Shown: positions 26,580 to 48,139 of the stretch, one piece after another
Layout of the letters: each line of letters opens with the position of its first letter
Numbering within the stretch: the first letter of the stretch is position 1
Source of the DNA: Acanthaster planci
Taxonomy: Eukaryota
Assembly (NCBI RefSeq): GCF_001949145.1
Contig: NW_019091356.1
Location: 4,632,934 to 4,696,933 of the forward strand
Reading direction: 5' to 3'
DNA: 64,000 nt
Program-made: the position numbers and the translations under genes
Notes under the pieces: model-generated
Seen by the model: the letters and a program-made list of their open reading frames with translations, nothing else
What the model was told of the DNA's origin: nothing
The model's database searches: none

Positions 26580-29500
26580 ATGGCGGCGTGCATGCAAGGC
26601 ATTTGTCAAGTTTTTCCGCGAATATTTCTTAGCAGGAGGTCACTGCATGGGTATTACTTGGCACAAACCTACGCATGGAGAGTTACTGGGAATCGCCAGA
26701 AACGTGTCGAGCATATCAAAACGATAAATTTTCTTCCAAGAGACGGCATTTTAAGAAAAACTTTATGCACCGATAAAATTGCAGAGACTCAAATCACACA
26801 ACGTGACAAGAAGTATGATAAGAGTCACGACAGACTGATAGAACGTCCGACTGTATCAGGTGAAAGTGATATCACAGAGACTTTGCATAGCAATGAACAT
26901 GACGAGAGAAAAGGAGACATAGCTGCCAGAAAGAAAGAAATTCCTGATTTAAAAGGAAATATTGAAGTCTCTCACAAATCTCTGTACAGTTTGGCAGCAG
27001 ATCTGAAGTCGACAGTTGAGTCTCAAGAACAGCAAGCACAGAGCCCAGCTTTTTACCGCCGCCGTGTTGAAAGCGAGTTTGGTGGTGATGGCAAGAGGCA
27101 AACATTCAAAGGTTACCAAGATAGTAAACATAGCGACATGAATAATCAAGGTCCTGGCCAGTTTGTGGAAACTCCGCCCATTGTTCAGGAAAACCGAAAG
27201 ATAATAAATGAACCAGCATATTATTATGGATTTGCAGGTTTGAATATTTATATTCCAACAAAATAACAAATAATAAATGTTGAATAGTAAAAGTGCATAT
27301 AAGAACAAAACCTCTTTAACTTGATGGATAATCAAGTATAAACATGAATTTTTTCAAATTGAAATATCAAGCCCCAAGAAAACACTTCGTTATGTGTAAG
27401 TGTGACAAATGAATGTACATGTACTTTCTGTGTTTGCTCACAGGCATTGTGTGTTGCTGTATTGTTTTTTCACTGGCATTCTTCAGAAAAGAACAGGAGG
27501 ATACCATTGAATTACTCATTGCAAAATCTTGGGTAAGTGTAATCTTGGGATTCATGTAATCAATACATTCTGTGAGTCTCAGTGTCTGCTTAGAGTTTAT
27601 AATTAAACATCTGTTTGAGTCAATTAGTATTAAGTGTAATGGATTTTGTTCCATTTTCTTTCTTCAAATTATGTAGAAAAGTAATGCATCTTTTCAAAGT
27701 GTTTTCCTGTTTGGTGCATTTGTGTTTGTACATGCAGTTTTTGCTTTTCCTCCACATGACAGGATTCGTTTTTATTAGCCACTCAATTTCTTTTGTCATT
27801 AGGTTGCAGAAAAAGAAGGCAATTTGGCAGAAGCAGAAGCTCTGTTACACAAAGCTCTTAAGATGGCCCAAGATGATAAGAATACAAGTGCAGTCACCTA
27901 CATCTTTGATCAGGTGGATTTTAAAGTATTGTGAAACTTTCAATTGGAACCATACCCGACTCATCGCCCATCAAACTTTTCAATCCTTTACACATGTATT
28001 TTGTGTAATTTGTTTGCATGCTTGGGAAGCCATGGGCGGAAGTATTAAAAGAAAAGGCTTGTCAGTCCATAATCTATATCTGTTCGCTGTCGCCATTTGC
28101 TCACAGTATTGACGTTTTCAATGCTTTAATTTTAACTAACCTTGATTAAACATATTCAGTATTTTATATTTGAAGTTGGCGAATTTATCCATGAGGCATG
28201 GCAACCTGACAAAGGCAGAAAATCTCTTCAAGGAGACTCTGAAACTGATGATCTCGTCAGGAACGGCACAAGATGACAGTGCTGTGGTTGAGATTTCCCT
28301 CAAATTGGCCAGAATGTTTGATAGGATGAGAAGGTAAGAAGTGAAGCCTTGTTGCTTAGAGCTGAAATTAAAACCGAATAAAGCTTGCCTGGCAAACTTA
28401 CTTAAACCTGTAATTAGCTGGAAGCATACTTCTTGGACCATCTTGATTTATTGCCTTTTTTGTTCAGCAAAGCTAGTCCCTGGTCTAGAGAGTGTATACT
28501 CAATATGAATTGCTTGCCACTAACCAACAATAATGTAAAATTCTGTAAACTCTATTGAAGTCTAGGACTTTTTTTGTGAAGCTATTGGTAGGATGTAATG
28601 AGATAAATAATACCACATGTGAAAGAAAAGACAACTTTACATTACGTGGTGCAATGTACATTGCTCACTTCAGTTACTTTGAAATCCTTGTGTCACATTC
28701 TGTGTCTCAGGTATGATGATGCAGAGCAAGGTTTCAAATGGTGCATCTCTACCACAGAGAAGAAGTTAGCAGAGGCAAATGATAAGGAGACAACTCGCAA
28801 CCTGCAGTCGCTACTAGGAATGTGTTTAGATTGCTACGCCAGGCACCTGGCTGCTCATGGCAGATTGCAAGAAGCCAAGGATACCTATAAACGTGCATTG
28901 CTCATCTGTGAAGAGAAATTGAAAGTTGATGGAGTGCCACATCCTCAGGTAACATGTTTTTGGTACAGTACAGGAAGATCAAGCTTTGTACATTTATTAA
29001 ATTTTGGCATAAAATTGTGCATTACTTAAAAGTAACCATAAGGCAATTAGACAAGCCATTAGAAAACGGAAGTTAAGATGGGATGTTCTGAATTTCAAAT
29101 ACATGTTTTTACTTTACAGTTAGGCAGAGACACAAAAGAACGGATCACTACAGATTATCTTCCTTTGAAAAATCTTGGTATGAAAAGTAACCTACTTTAT
29201 TTTTTATTTTTTTTCCTTGCAGACAGTAATCCTGTTGAACGATTTGGGCACGGTCAATGACCTTGGAGGCAACTACACTGAAGCTATTGAACTCATTCAA
29301 AGGGCTGCTGACCTTGCTGAGAAGAGGTCACCTCGTGACCTACCCACAATTCTTTGCAACTTAGCATCTGTCAATATGCATGCAGGTATGAAATGCCTCA
29401 GTTAAAACGCATGGTTTCAAAATAACAGTGGAATACTTCCAATGTTATTTTTCCTTAATTTCAGTCTCTCCTTATCTCTTTACTGGTAACTGACTTGATA

Positions 29501-29783
29501 TTAAACATTGACTGATTAGTTGAATCCTTACTTTTTCACCATTTGCCATCATGTCTTTCTTTTTAAAAATGCACCCTTTACTCAAACCATGTGTAATCTC
29601 TCCGCAGAGAAATTTGAGGAAGCAAGGAGTTACTACAAGAAAGCTTTATCTCTTGCTGAGAAGCAAGGGGATGCAGCGGCTATATTGGAGATCAAGAACA
29701 GCCTGGCTCAGCTAGATACGAACATCTTCCTGAAGCAGCAGAAGGAGGGAAGAAAGAAACAAGAGGCAAAAGTTCTGAATTAA
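26580..29783 (+). CDS. TTC19: Tetratricopeptide repeat protein 19, mitochondrial (complex III quality control), 530 aa
   Basis: 7 exons: 26580-27237, 27444-27532, 27803-27913, 28176-28333, 28711-28948, 29223-29385, 29608-29783 (1593 nt). Arg-rich N-terminus. Motifs AEALLHKALKMA...AVTYIFDQLANL, AENLFKETL, DDSAVVEISLKLA, GFKWCI, LLGMCLDCYARHL, HPQTVILLNDLGT. Confidence 0.9.
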
Positions 29784-30584
29784 TTGTAACCCGGAAGTTA
29801 GCTCAGGCACAAATGAGTTTCTTCAAAAGAGAAATGTGCTCGGTCTAGAAAAATTATTTCTGTGCTTCTAGAAATGTCTTTACTGGCCAAAATGAAATTA
29901 TATCTTTGTATTTGAGTTCCTTTGAAAAGGGTACCTTCCAGGCGGACATGGGTTCTTATATGGAGATGTTAATGAAACAACCTAATAGTTCCGCAAAAGC
30001 TAGAAGTTTTCTGGCTCAGCAGTCAGAAAATTTGTCTGCATGGTTAGCATTCTTGTAATTTTTTGGAAGAACATGACAATACTAGACCATGCACAAAATA
30101 TCTGGGAATAGAATTTTAGAAATATTTAAAATGGCCTAAGCTTTCCCACCTCTTGATTCTGTTTCAAGTTGTTAGCTTCAGAAAAATTGATTATTTATGG
30201 AACTAAACGAAAAATGTCTAGCAAAACAGTGATTCTGTTTGGCTGTACGAATTTTAATTGCGTTTAATAGAATTTTAGGGTATGACCATTTTTTTTCAAA
30301 GACGTGTTGTTTATATCAAGGGATTGGGAGTAATTTCTCAGCCTTACGTCATTCATGAAAAAGGCTATGGGTTATTCCAAAAATAAATACTCCCATTTGA
30401 AAAAAAAAATTCCGTGTTAATTTCGATGTGTTGCGTCATTCTAAAATGTTGTAAACCAGACCCTATAAATTGGATCAAAGTGACTTAGAAAGTTCATTGT
30501 TGCTGGCGAATGGAACGCTCTTGCGTATCTTACTTATGCATATCAATTGGGGGCGCTCTTCAAGGTTACCGGTACACGTGAAAA

Positions 30585-38962
<8,378 letters not shown>

Positions 38963-41034
38963 CGATGACCTGTGACATTCAGGTCAAACATTTGGCCAGT
39001 GTTCCTGCTGTGTGCTTCAACTGGAATGAACAACATTTTGGCAGAAGGGAAGTAAAGACAGGTGGTTCTGACCTCTGACATCCAGGTCGTAGGTTATAAC
39101 CTTTCAATTTTCCTCAGGTATGTGTCATTAATTTGATCTCCATCATCTGTTTGGAAGCCCTGTCCTTGGGGAAGGGTTTGTTTTTGGCACAATAGGGAAA
39201 CTGGACGTCAGTGTTTTAAAAGAATGTTCATTGATTAAGTATTTAACCGTGAATTAATCTTAATTGTGTGTAGAAATGTTTTACTTGAATGTAGGATCAG
39301 AGGTCAAGCAAAATACGAAACAGGCTACGCCTACCCGGAAGTCATTTATCAAGTCACACAATATGTTCAAAAGCTTTGTTCTGTTGATATTTTATTCCAT
39401 TAAGATGCTAACATTACATTGTCAAAAAAACCTGTAAATGCCAACTCGGCTTGGTTTCTCACAAATGCTGTTTGAATGTACTACACAAAAATATCTTCTG
39501 TAATCTGTAAAATAGACTGACATACAATATATAAGTTATAATACAAGCATCTTGGATGGGGAGTTTCGGACTTTGGCTAGGCAAAACTGAGAGTATATAT
39601 CTTTTTGAAAAGCAAAGATGTACGCAAATTGCAACTTTGCACAAACATAATTAAGAATACATTTCTTCCTCACAGCCACCGTCGTTGTCAACGGAAAATT
39701 AAAATTAAGTGTTTGAATTACCCACGGTTCAGTTTGCCCCTAAAAGCTGACAGCAGGAGCACGGTGAAGTCGTCAAAATCCTCTTTTTTGAAAATCCTGA
39801 ACTCATAGGAATATTTCTGATTTGTGCATTTCTGTCCTGCTTCATGAGGAAATGTCCTAAAGTCGTATCAAAATTTTGGGGCATTGTGGTTGGAAAGGGG
39901 AACATGAGTACAATCACAGTCACTGCTTACTTTCAGAATTGGGGAATTAGCTTGAGTAAGCAGGTGTAATTCCTAACACCTGTTTGCCTAATGTGATAAA
40001 AACAGCAGTCAGTACAACCTACATGTACATCCAGTGAAGCAAACACATGTACCGGGTAGTATAAAGGTTGTCAAGTTCACGGACGTAAGCCTTAGGGTTG
40101 TCATTTCATTATTTCCCACAGTTCCTTTTAAATGTTCACCTCTTAGTTATTCGAGAAAACATGACGTTTGGTATTTTTGTACTACAAATACCAAACTTAT
40201 AATATGTTTTCATTATTTTGCGGTACCAACACCAATTTTTCAGACCCATGTCAAAAACTGAATAAATATGACATGGAGAAAATAAACATTCGTTCAGTTT
40301 CGTTTATTATTTATTTTTGGTTTGCTCTGTTATCATCACTGTAAATCTTTATACTGGCGATCAGACATTTTAACGAAATATATTCTTTCCATGTTTTTGT
40401 TTCCTGTTTTAAAGACTTCTGTCTAGTTCTTGGTTTACTCATCAGGTGGTTTTGTTCTTAAGAAGGGCTGTTGCCACGCGCAGCATCGACCGTTTTGTGA
40501 TCTGATCTGAAAGAAACTTCGTATCTTAGTAACACCACAATCACAAAGCATGCTTAAAACTACAGGGTTGGAATTTAGAAGTTACACCGTCACTTTTACT
40601 CTGAAATAAATGGATGTATTTCAGTGATCTTGACAAATTGACACATATCTAAACTCAAAAGTTTGAAGATGTTGCTTTCACTAACACGCTTTCACGTAAA
40701 AACAAACAAGAAAACCCAGTTACATATAAATACATTTACCGTTCTGAATTGATACGGAAAATGTGATTTAATTTATCGACAGAATACGTAACTACTCGGA
40801 CGTAGATATATGTACTTGCTTAATATGCTAATGTATTAACGTGCGAAGAAAACTAAGTTGGATAAGATGATGGACGGATGTAGGTCAGCTACAAAAGGGA
40901 CAGAAGTTTTCACTGTTTATCCCACTTACCCCCGGGCAAGCTTTACTTTAAACACCGTTGTTCATTAATCGTCCATTTCCTTATATATTGAAATGTATAC
41001 GGGACGATAGTCCCAAATTCATATGCCGTCTTCT

Positions 41035-44000
41035 TCATGTAACCTCTAACGCTTCCCCTTCTTGCGCATTAGCCACGCCCCTAGGGTTATACCTCCTCCT
41101 GTGGTCCTCGGGCCATGTGATCTTGTCCATGGGAACGCGCATGAGCAGTTTGCTCTCGCTGGTTACCAGGAGGAATAATCCCGCTGTAATGCAGAAGGGG
41201 AAAGCAATTTCCGGAAGTCCGGCTGGCATTAGAACAGCCGACATGGCGCCTTTGACAGCTGCCGCAAATATTGCTGTTGAAAGAAGGATATCCCGAAATC
41301 AATCGCGTTAAAGCTACGGACGGGCCCACATTAAATGTTAGGCTTAATGATTACTGTTTTCATGTTCTAGCTTAATATTTCTTAATTTAATTGATTTCCA
41401 AATGTGATGTATGGGTATAGGCCTATTGTAGCTTTTATGATAGATTTTGCTTATCAGTCATTGTAAGCGTAAAATGTGCGCATAAATGAAAGTTAAATCA
41501 GTTTCCTCCCTCTCTAAATTCCTAGTGTTTCCTTTCGATCAGTTAAATTCCTTATTCCTTTGTATTGATTAAGGAACAATCCATTTTTGTCTGAGCGATA
41601 ATTGTCTTTCGGAGTAAAGGTTGCGTGAATTTATACAAGTCTAGTATCATCTTTTCATTCAGAGCAAACTCGTCAATCTTCATTGCCCAACACTGCTTTC
41701 ATGGTTACATGTTTGTTCCATAACGACACTTCACGACTCTCTTGCCATAAATACATGTACACCGGTAGTAATCTCGCTTTATTAAATGTAATAATTTGTG
41801 AAAGTTGTGAGAATATCCAAAGATTTGTAACCGAGAAGTAACTCACCTGAAAAGAGAGCAGTCAGGTGAGAGGGCCAGTTCAGAACAAAGAAGAAACCTC
41901 CGACTGATGCGCAGGTAAGTACTGAGTTGTAGCCCCATAGTCCTGCGTAGATGTCGCTGAGCGGCGCTGCCATGGCTAAGCCTGTCGTTGAAGAATAAGC
42001 ACACCGAGATCTCGTTTCACACCACGAAAAATAGGCCTACCGGGAACCTTGGTGTTTTGTTTGTTTGTTTGTTGGGGTGTTGGGGTTGTATGTTTTTTTG
42101 GGGGGGGGGGTATGTCGCAAGTGGTATGAAATACGAGCCACATAGACCCAAGCCAATGCGTTTACGGCACCCACCAAGGCACCACGTTGTATTTCGATAG
42201 GCCTGTAGCAACCACATTAGGGTTCATATATAATTACTGTTGTTGTAATATCAGGTATCGATGTACTGACAACGTGAACAGCACTTGCGTGATAGGCCTA
42301 ACTGGGAATTTACAGTGAAGAGAAATTCTAACAAAATTCTGTGCTGCATTTTCATGGTAAAACTATGTATGAAAGCTATGAACTTGTAAAGGTTCAGAGC
42401 TTTGGTGGTAAATTCATGTTTGTGACTTTTGTAGTCAACATATTAACTCATGATAATGGCTAACTAACGAAGTGCACCCGGGACCCGAATCGAATTGTTC
42501 TAACTGGGCCATATTTCGATGCCCTTTCATCACACTGCATTATACGGTACCTGTTAGAGCGCCGAGTATGGAGCCGATTACTCCGTGTAGGAATATGATC
42601 GGTGAGCAGATGAGCATAGCCAGCGCCATCAGACAACCTGTTATCAAATTATCACAGCCATAGCACTGACCAATGCCCACTGGGATGGCTTGAAGAATCT
42701 ACAGACAAGAAATATGAGAAATAACCGGGAGATATGCACACGGTTAATTTAAGTATGAAATTAGAGTTTTAAAAACCCCATTTCTTATTTTGAGGTGAAC
42801 ACTAAAATGCCCGAAAGACGTCAGTTCCGAGTGACGTATTTGGCAAAATAATGGTGTTAAAAGTCAAAGGTCACTAGTGACGTTATTGTCTCCAATTTAA
42901 TTATTTCACAATTAATGAATGCTAATTTAAGTTTTTTGAAGATTGCACCCTTTTGTTTTTAACACATCCAATTTAAGAGCTGACCCTGTTTCCTGAGCAC
43001 ATTTGATAATAATGATTATGTATTTATAATGCGCAGATTCCACAAAATGTTTTCAGGTGCGCAGTATAAAACTACGCAAATTAAATATAACCACGTGGAT
43101 TGCAAGGCAGCGCACTAGCTGCTGTATCGTTTGAATGAAATTTTTATATGGAGAGGCTTTTCTGCATTTTCTTTATTTCATTAAATTGGAAGGGAATTCA
43201 GTTCAGAAGCTACTATTAGATTACAGCAAAAGGCTGAATCGGAGTAGTCCCTTGTGTAAAAGCACAAGCTTGCCGTATGTTTTCTAGACATGACGACAAT
43301 TTATTTTCAGGGTTGAACATAATTATATTGCTGATTGCGACAGCATTTTGGAATCAAGCTTGTTTTTGTTTCTGAAATCCAATTTTACCAAAATAATCAA
43401 ATTTGAAAAGAATCGTCATTGACAGCGTGAGCGAGTACAGCACGGACTGAGCGCAATTGGCATATTGAATAAATACACACAGTTTCCTGTACATGTACAC
43501 CTTTGCTCTCAGTAGTAACGATCAATATTCCCTTCTATGAAAGGTCAGTTTAGATGTTCATAAATTTAAAGTGGTTTGGGAATCTGTCCTGAGGGACTCG
43601 ACAGTTATCTTAGCATGCTCACGAGGCAAGTATGTACAAAAACAGTGGTCAAAATTAATCTGTGGTCAGTGGTCGGAAATCATGATTAATTTAATTGTAT
43701 GTTAAAATTTGACGAATCCCACAGAAATAAGGACAGGAATATTTACAAGGAAAAGGGCAGGGTATTGCAGTATTTGAAAAAAAGGTCTATAAATAAGTTA
43801 AGAATCCTTAGATAGGCCTTCATAACATTGTATAAAATTTATATGCCTTGTTTGTAGGTTGACAAATTAATGTAATAATCGCGATGCGGTGTGTAAATGT
43901 ACAGGCGGTATCAAATTAAGGAAAATATTAATTGTTTGTTTGCCAAGACATGGAGAGAAGATAAAACCTGGCTACAAGGACATGGATTGTTGTGATTGCG

Positions 44001-47000
44001 TGTATGATATCAGAGCAACGCCGTCAAGTGAACCGTTTGCGAGCAGCAGTGATCATACGCCACACATACGCGGTCGAAAGCTTTTCGTTGGCCACTCATC
44101 AGTAAACGGTACTGTAAGCATTCGTGACGTCATGCACACAGACATTAGTGCCAATGCTGATAACAGGCGTAGGATGCGCTGTCTTGGATAAGGTTCCAAG
44201 AGAGGCGTTTAATGACTTGTCCAAGTTGTGATTTTGCGCGTAGGACTGATTGGGAATGCCGCTATTGAACGTGACATTTTTGTGAAGCCTTTACCCTTCC
44301 TGTACTCTCTGAATTGCAAACAGCATCAATTAAGTGGCTAAGTAGTTTTCGAGTATTTCCATTTTTAGTGTACATTGTCAGCGATTTTAGAGACAGTCAT
44401 TGTAAAGTGGCGTATCCATTGTTCCCATATGGGAACTGTGCAACATTCCTGGTTCCATGCATTGGGGGAATGAAACTGGGATTTGTTTATGAGAAGAAAC
44501 AGTGGCTGGAACAAAGGTTCTCAAGGTGGCTCTGGTGTTCTATGGAAAACCGTGATTTATTGTGATATTCTGCATTTCTGTTATTTATCAGATTAAGTTT
44601 CACGTGTTACCAACTCAGTTTAAATTGAACGGGTCGTGTCTTGCATGTGTCATAAAAACATACGGTGTCGGAGCCTTCTGTGAATGGAAGTAAGACGCGT
44701 TGTGAAATAAGCCTTGTGCGAGATAAATTTCAATAAAATCTGGTACACTGAGTTCTTTAAATTCACGTGAACAACGATTTTGAATACTCCATACTAACGA
44801 CACTGTTGCTATACATGTACCTCGTGAATCGGGCAGCTTTTGCTTAGTTACGTAAGAGACCACGCTTTTCAATGGATCAGAAGGGTACAAATGAACCAGT
44901 CCATTCCAGAGATGGTGGTCGCTATGCAAAAGCTTCCCGAATCACAAGGTATAGCAACAATGTCTTTAGTCTGGAAAATTCAAATTGTTATGGTTTTTGT
45001 GCAGTCAGATAACTCAGTGTACGAGATTTTATTCAAATTTATCTCGCAGAAAGCTTATTAAAAGCAGAGCATAAATTGTTTGGTAAGCTGTACAGCTCCT
45101 GTGAACCCAAACATCCGTACAGCACTCAAAGAATAATCTTGCCGTGAAGGACACTAAGATAAAGTCTTCCTTTTTTTTTTGGTAATTTTTGCTTCGTTCT
45201 ATTCTAACAGTTCGCACATGCTTTGCCAATTGCACTTGCGCAAACGCTGTACTCTTTAACCGATTATCATAATATGGACGCCCACTCTGTAAAAATATTA
45301 CTTTGTTAGTGTTTCTCGACAGTTAACGTCAACATGGCTTTAATAGAATGTGAAAGCAGGTTCAATATTTACCGAGTGTACAGCCAACGCGTTGTGACAA
45401 GAGAGAGGCTGTTTATCATGTGCCAAATTTAGTATCAATTTCCATGAAGTATTACTGATCAGCATCCTCATGTACACAATAAAGGTACGGGTCGTGCAAA
45501 CAAATAGCCCTGACGTTAATGTTGGGTTCCCAAGCGAAATGCACTGGGTCTGTTTGCAAGAAGATTAATGATTTATCTACCTTTATGGCCGTATTGTTTG
45601 ACATATCATTGTCGATTTGTCCGCGAGGCGTGTATTCTTCGGTCCCTCTGTCTGAACCGTGAGCGTGTAGTCTAGTGCATTGTTTGTTTATGTTAGTTTT
45701 CATGTTATTCATTACGAAGCTCTTGGAGTTTTTGGACATATGTGTAGATATTAATGGTCATTATAGAAATATTACATAACTACATTTATAAAAAAAAATG
45801 TGACCATTGGATTGTGAATAACATTCATTTGCTTTGACCATTGAGTTGCCATTTGTATTGGATTGCGTACTATACAAAATGAATAATACCGAATAGCCAT
45901 TGACATGATTTATGGTAATACAACTTTTTGGGAAATGTAATTGATGCACTGTATTTGGCTGTTTTGTGCTGGGTATATTTGAGCAGAGGTTTGATTGAAT
46001 TATCAGCTGATGTCATTTCTGTATGACAAGGTTGTTTTTACTTTGCGCTGACACTTTGCAATAATGAAGGCGAAACTTAAGTTAACAGGAGACGATTTCA
46101 CTCACCAGGACCCAGCTGATGGGTTCGCCCGTGTCATTAGCGGTCGTCTGGTCCAGCCTCGCCACATCTGCCGCTTTGAGGTCCGTGGCAGATGGGGCAG
46201 GACCAAAGTATGGATTTTCCGGACCCGAAGCAGCCACAAAGATGAAAGTTGCCATGTTAAAGGGGAGATTGAAGGCGGGTAAACCCCACTTGCCGAGTAG
46301 GTTGCCCAGTGCGCTGGCCAGGATTGCACTACGTACAGTGACACAAAAAACAAAGTTGTAAAGTCGGGCTGTGCCCTTAGCACTTTAAAGTGAAAAATGT
46401 AGGTTTTTTGTACATCATACGTCATGCACGTTTTTTTTTCATTGGACAACTATAAACTCTAACAGTCCCCAGTCCTCCAATTTCAATGTGATTTTACATA
46501 CACCCTTGTGGTTAGGGTCAAAGTTTAGCAGGCTGAGATTATCTGAGAAAAAATCGTAAGCACCTCAACTGTGAACCTGTAACGAAAATATTGTTGCTGT
46601 TTGCCCGTGTAGGAGAATTTTAACATTTGTAATACAATGTAACCATGTTTTTAAATTTAAATCACAAGGAAGTACTTATAATTTTGGCGAATAAAAGATG
46701 TGGAAAAGATTAAGCGGCATTTGTCACTTTGTCAAGCATTTGAAAATGTCCACTTCCCTTAACGGATATGATTTCTGTCGATGCATACATCGCTGTGATC
46801 CAAATTAAGTCGAGTGGCTTTTAGTTAGCTTTGCCAGGCTAAGGAATTGAAGCAAGGCGGTGGATCGATTGGACGAGAATGGAAAAAACACGCCATGATA
46901 GGACCACGACTGTTATACTCTACTGAAGTGCTATTTGTTTAATTGGTCACAAGAAGGAAATGCACTGGAGACAGTCAGTAAAGTCGATTGGGGAATAACG

Positions 47001-48139
47001 TCGCTTTTACGGTATCAGTCGGACGCTTGCTCTTCGAACAAAGTGAAGGTTTAATGCTATTACATAAATTAAAGTTGAAATTTGGTATGAGTGGTTTTGT
47101 TTGCTTTTCATTTACTGGTTTATTTTATGTTACTTTTTAGGCATTTTAAATTTAGTTTTTCATATTTTATCGGCCGTCTTGTGTAGGACAAGATTTTGGT
47201 TGTACAAAATATCGGTTTTGTGGACCTATCATGGAGTTGGTTTTGAGAGAGGCACTGTTCACTGGAGGGATCACTGCATGGGATTTCAAGTGTTGGAAAC
47301 ATGACGTAGAATAACTACACGCAACAATATCACAGCAACAGACAAGACGTGCTGCAAAGAGCCAACAGTTATAACACCAACATCACTCAGCGCCAGCGTG
47401 CAGAATGAGCGTCTACAATGGAAAATAGAGAAAAAGTAAAGCTGCAGCAAGATACGAAAACAGCAGCATGTACTGTAGTGTGACGCAGATGATAGAGCAG
47501 GCATTTGCAACTATACGCTTTAGAATTTGCGGCAGTATTTCGAAGCCGTAACCAAAGCAGGATTTTCAAGCCATTACAGAATGCGTTTGTTGGCGGGAGC
47601 AGCAACAGAAGGCAGTATAGAGTTTACAGTTGTATCAAAATCTGAGAAAATGTATACAGCAACACGACACCAGCATCAATCTACCTGAATATTGAAGAGA
47701 AAATGATCGGTAAGAGAAGCAATCCATGCCACTCAGTGACCCTGGTGAGTGCTGGTATAACTAAACCCGTCAATAAGCCTTGGAATGCCACTCCACCGCT
47801 ATCCACAGCTCCCTTGGGTTGCCTCATCGCTACTGCTGTCAGTTGGGCTACAAATAAGCCAAGGATCCCGCAACAAGCCTGCCAGGGACTCTGCACAAAC
47901 AGCCCTACCATAATGATCAACCCGCTGATGGGATTGTTGAGGAAGATGGGTTGCCCAAAGGCTCGGCAGCAGGCGTTGACAAAACATAGCGGGTATGGCT
48001 TCCGGGCTAGCCACCGCTCCAAAGGCTTGATAGTCCCGGTGAAATAGTCCGCTAAGCTGCACAGTCGTGTCAGCAGGGTCTTTTCTCTGACCGGGTTCGA
48101 TTGGTTTTCGGCATCTCGATCTGTCATTCCAGTTTCCAT
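41035..48139 (-). CDS. SLC14A: Urea transporter (SLC14/UT family), 399 aa
   Basis: 5 exons: 48139-47685, 46328-46106, 42698-42551, 41981-41847, 41273-41035 (1200 nt). Motifs FGQPIFLNNPISG, WGLPAFNLPFN, IPVGIGQCYGCDN, ICSPII, IYAGLWGYNSVL, GLPEIAFPFC, ITWPEDHRR. Confidence 0.93.
44706..45059. mobile_element. Long imperfect palindrome (foldback/MITE-like) in a urea transporter intron
   Basis: Left arm aataagccttgtgcgagataaatttcaataaaatctggtacactgagtt...tcgggcagcttttgc...tggat is mirrored by ...tcca...gcaaaagcttcccga...aactcagtgtacgagattttattcaaatttatctcgcagaaagcttatt. Arms are ~170 bp and the loop ~20 bp. Confidence 0.75.
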
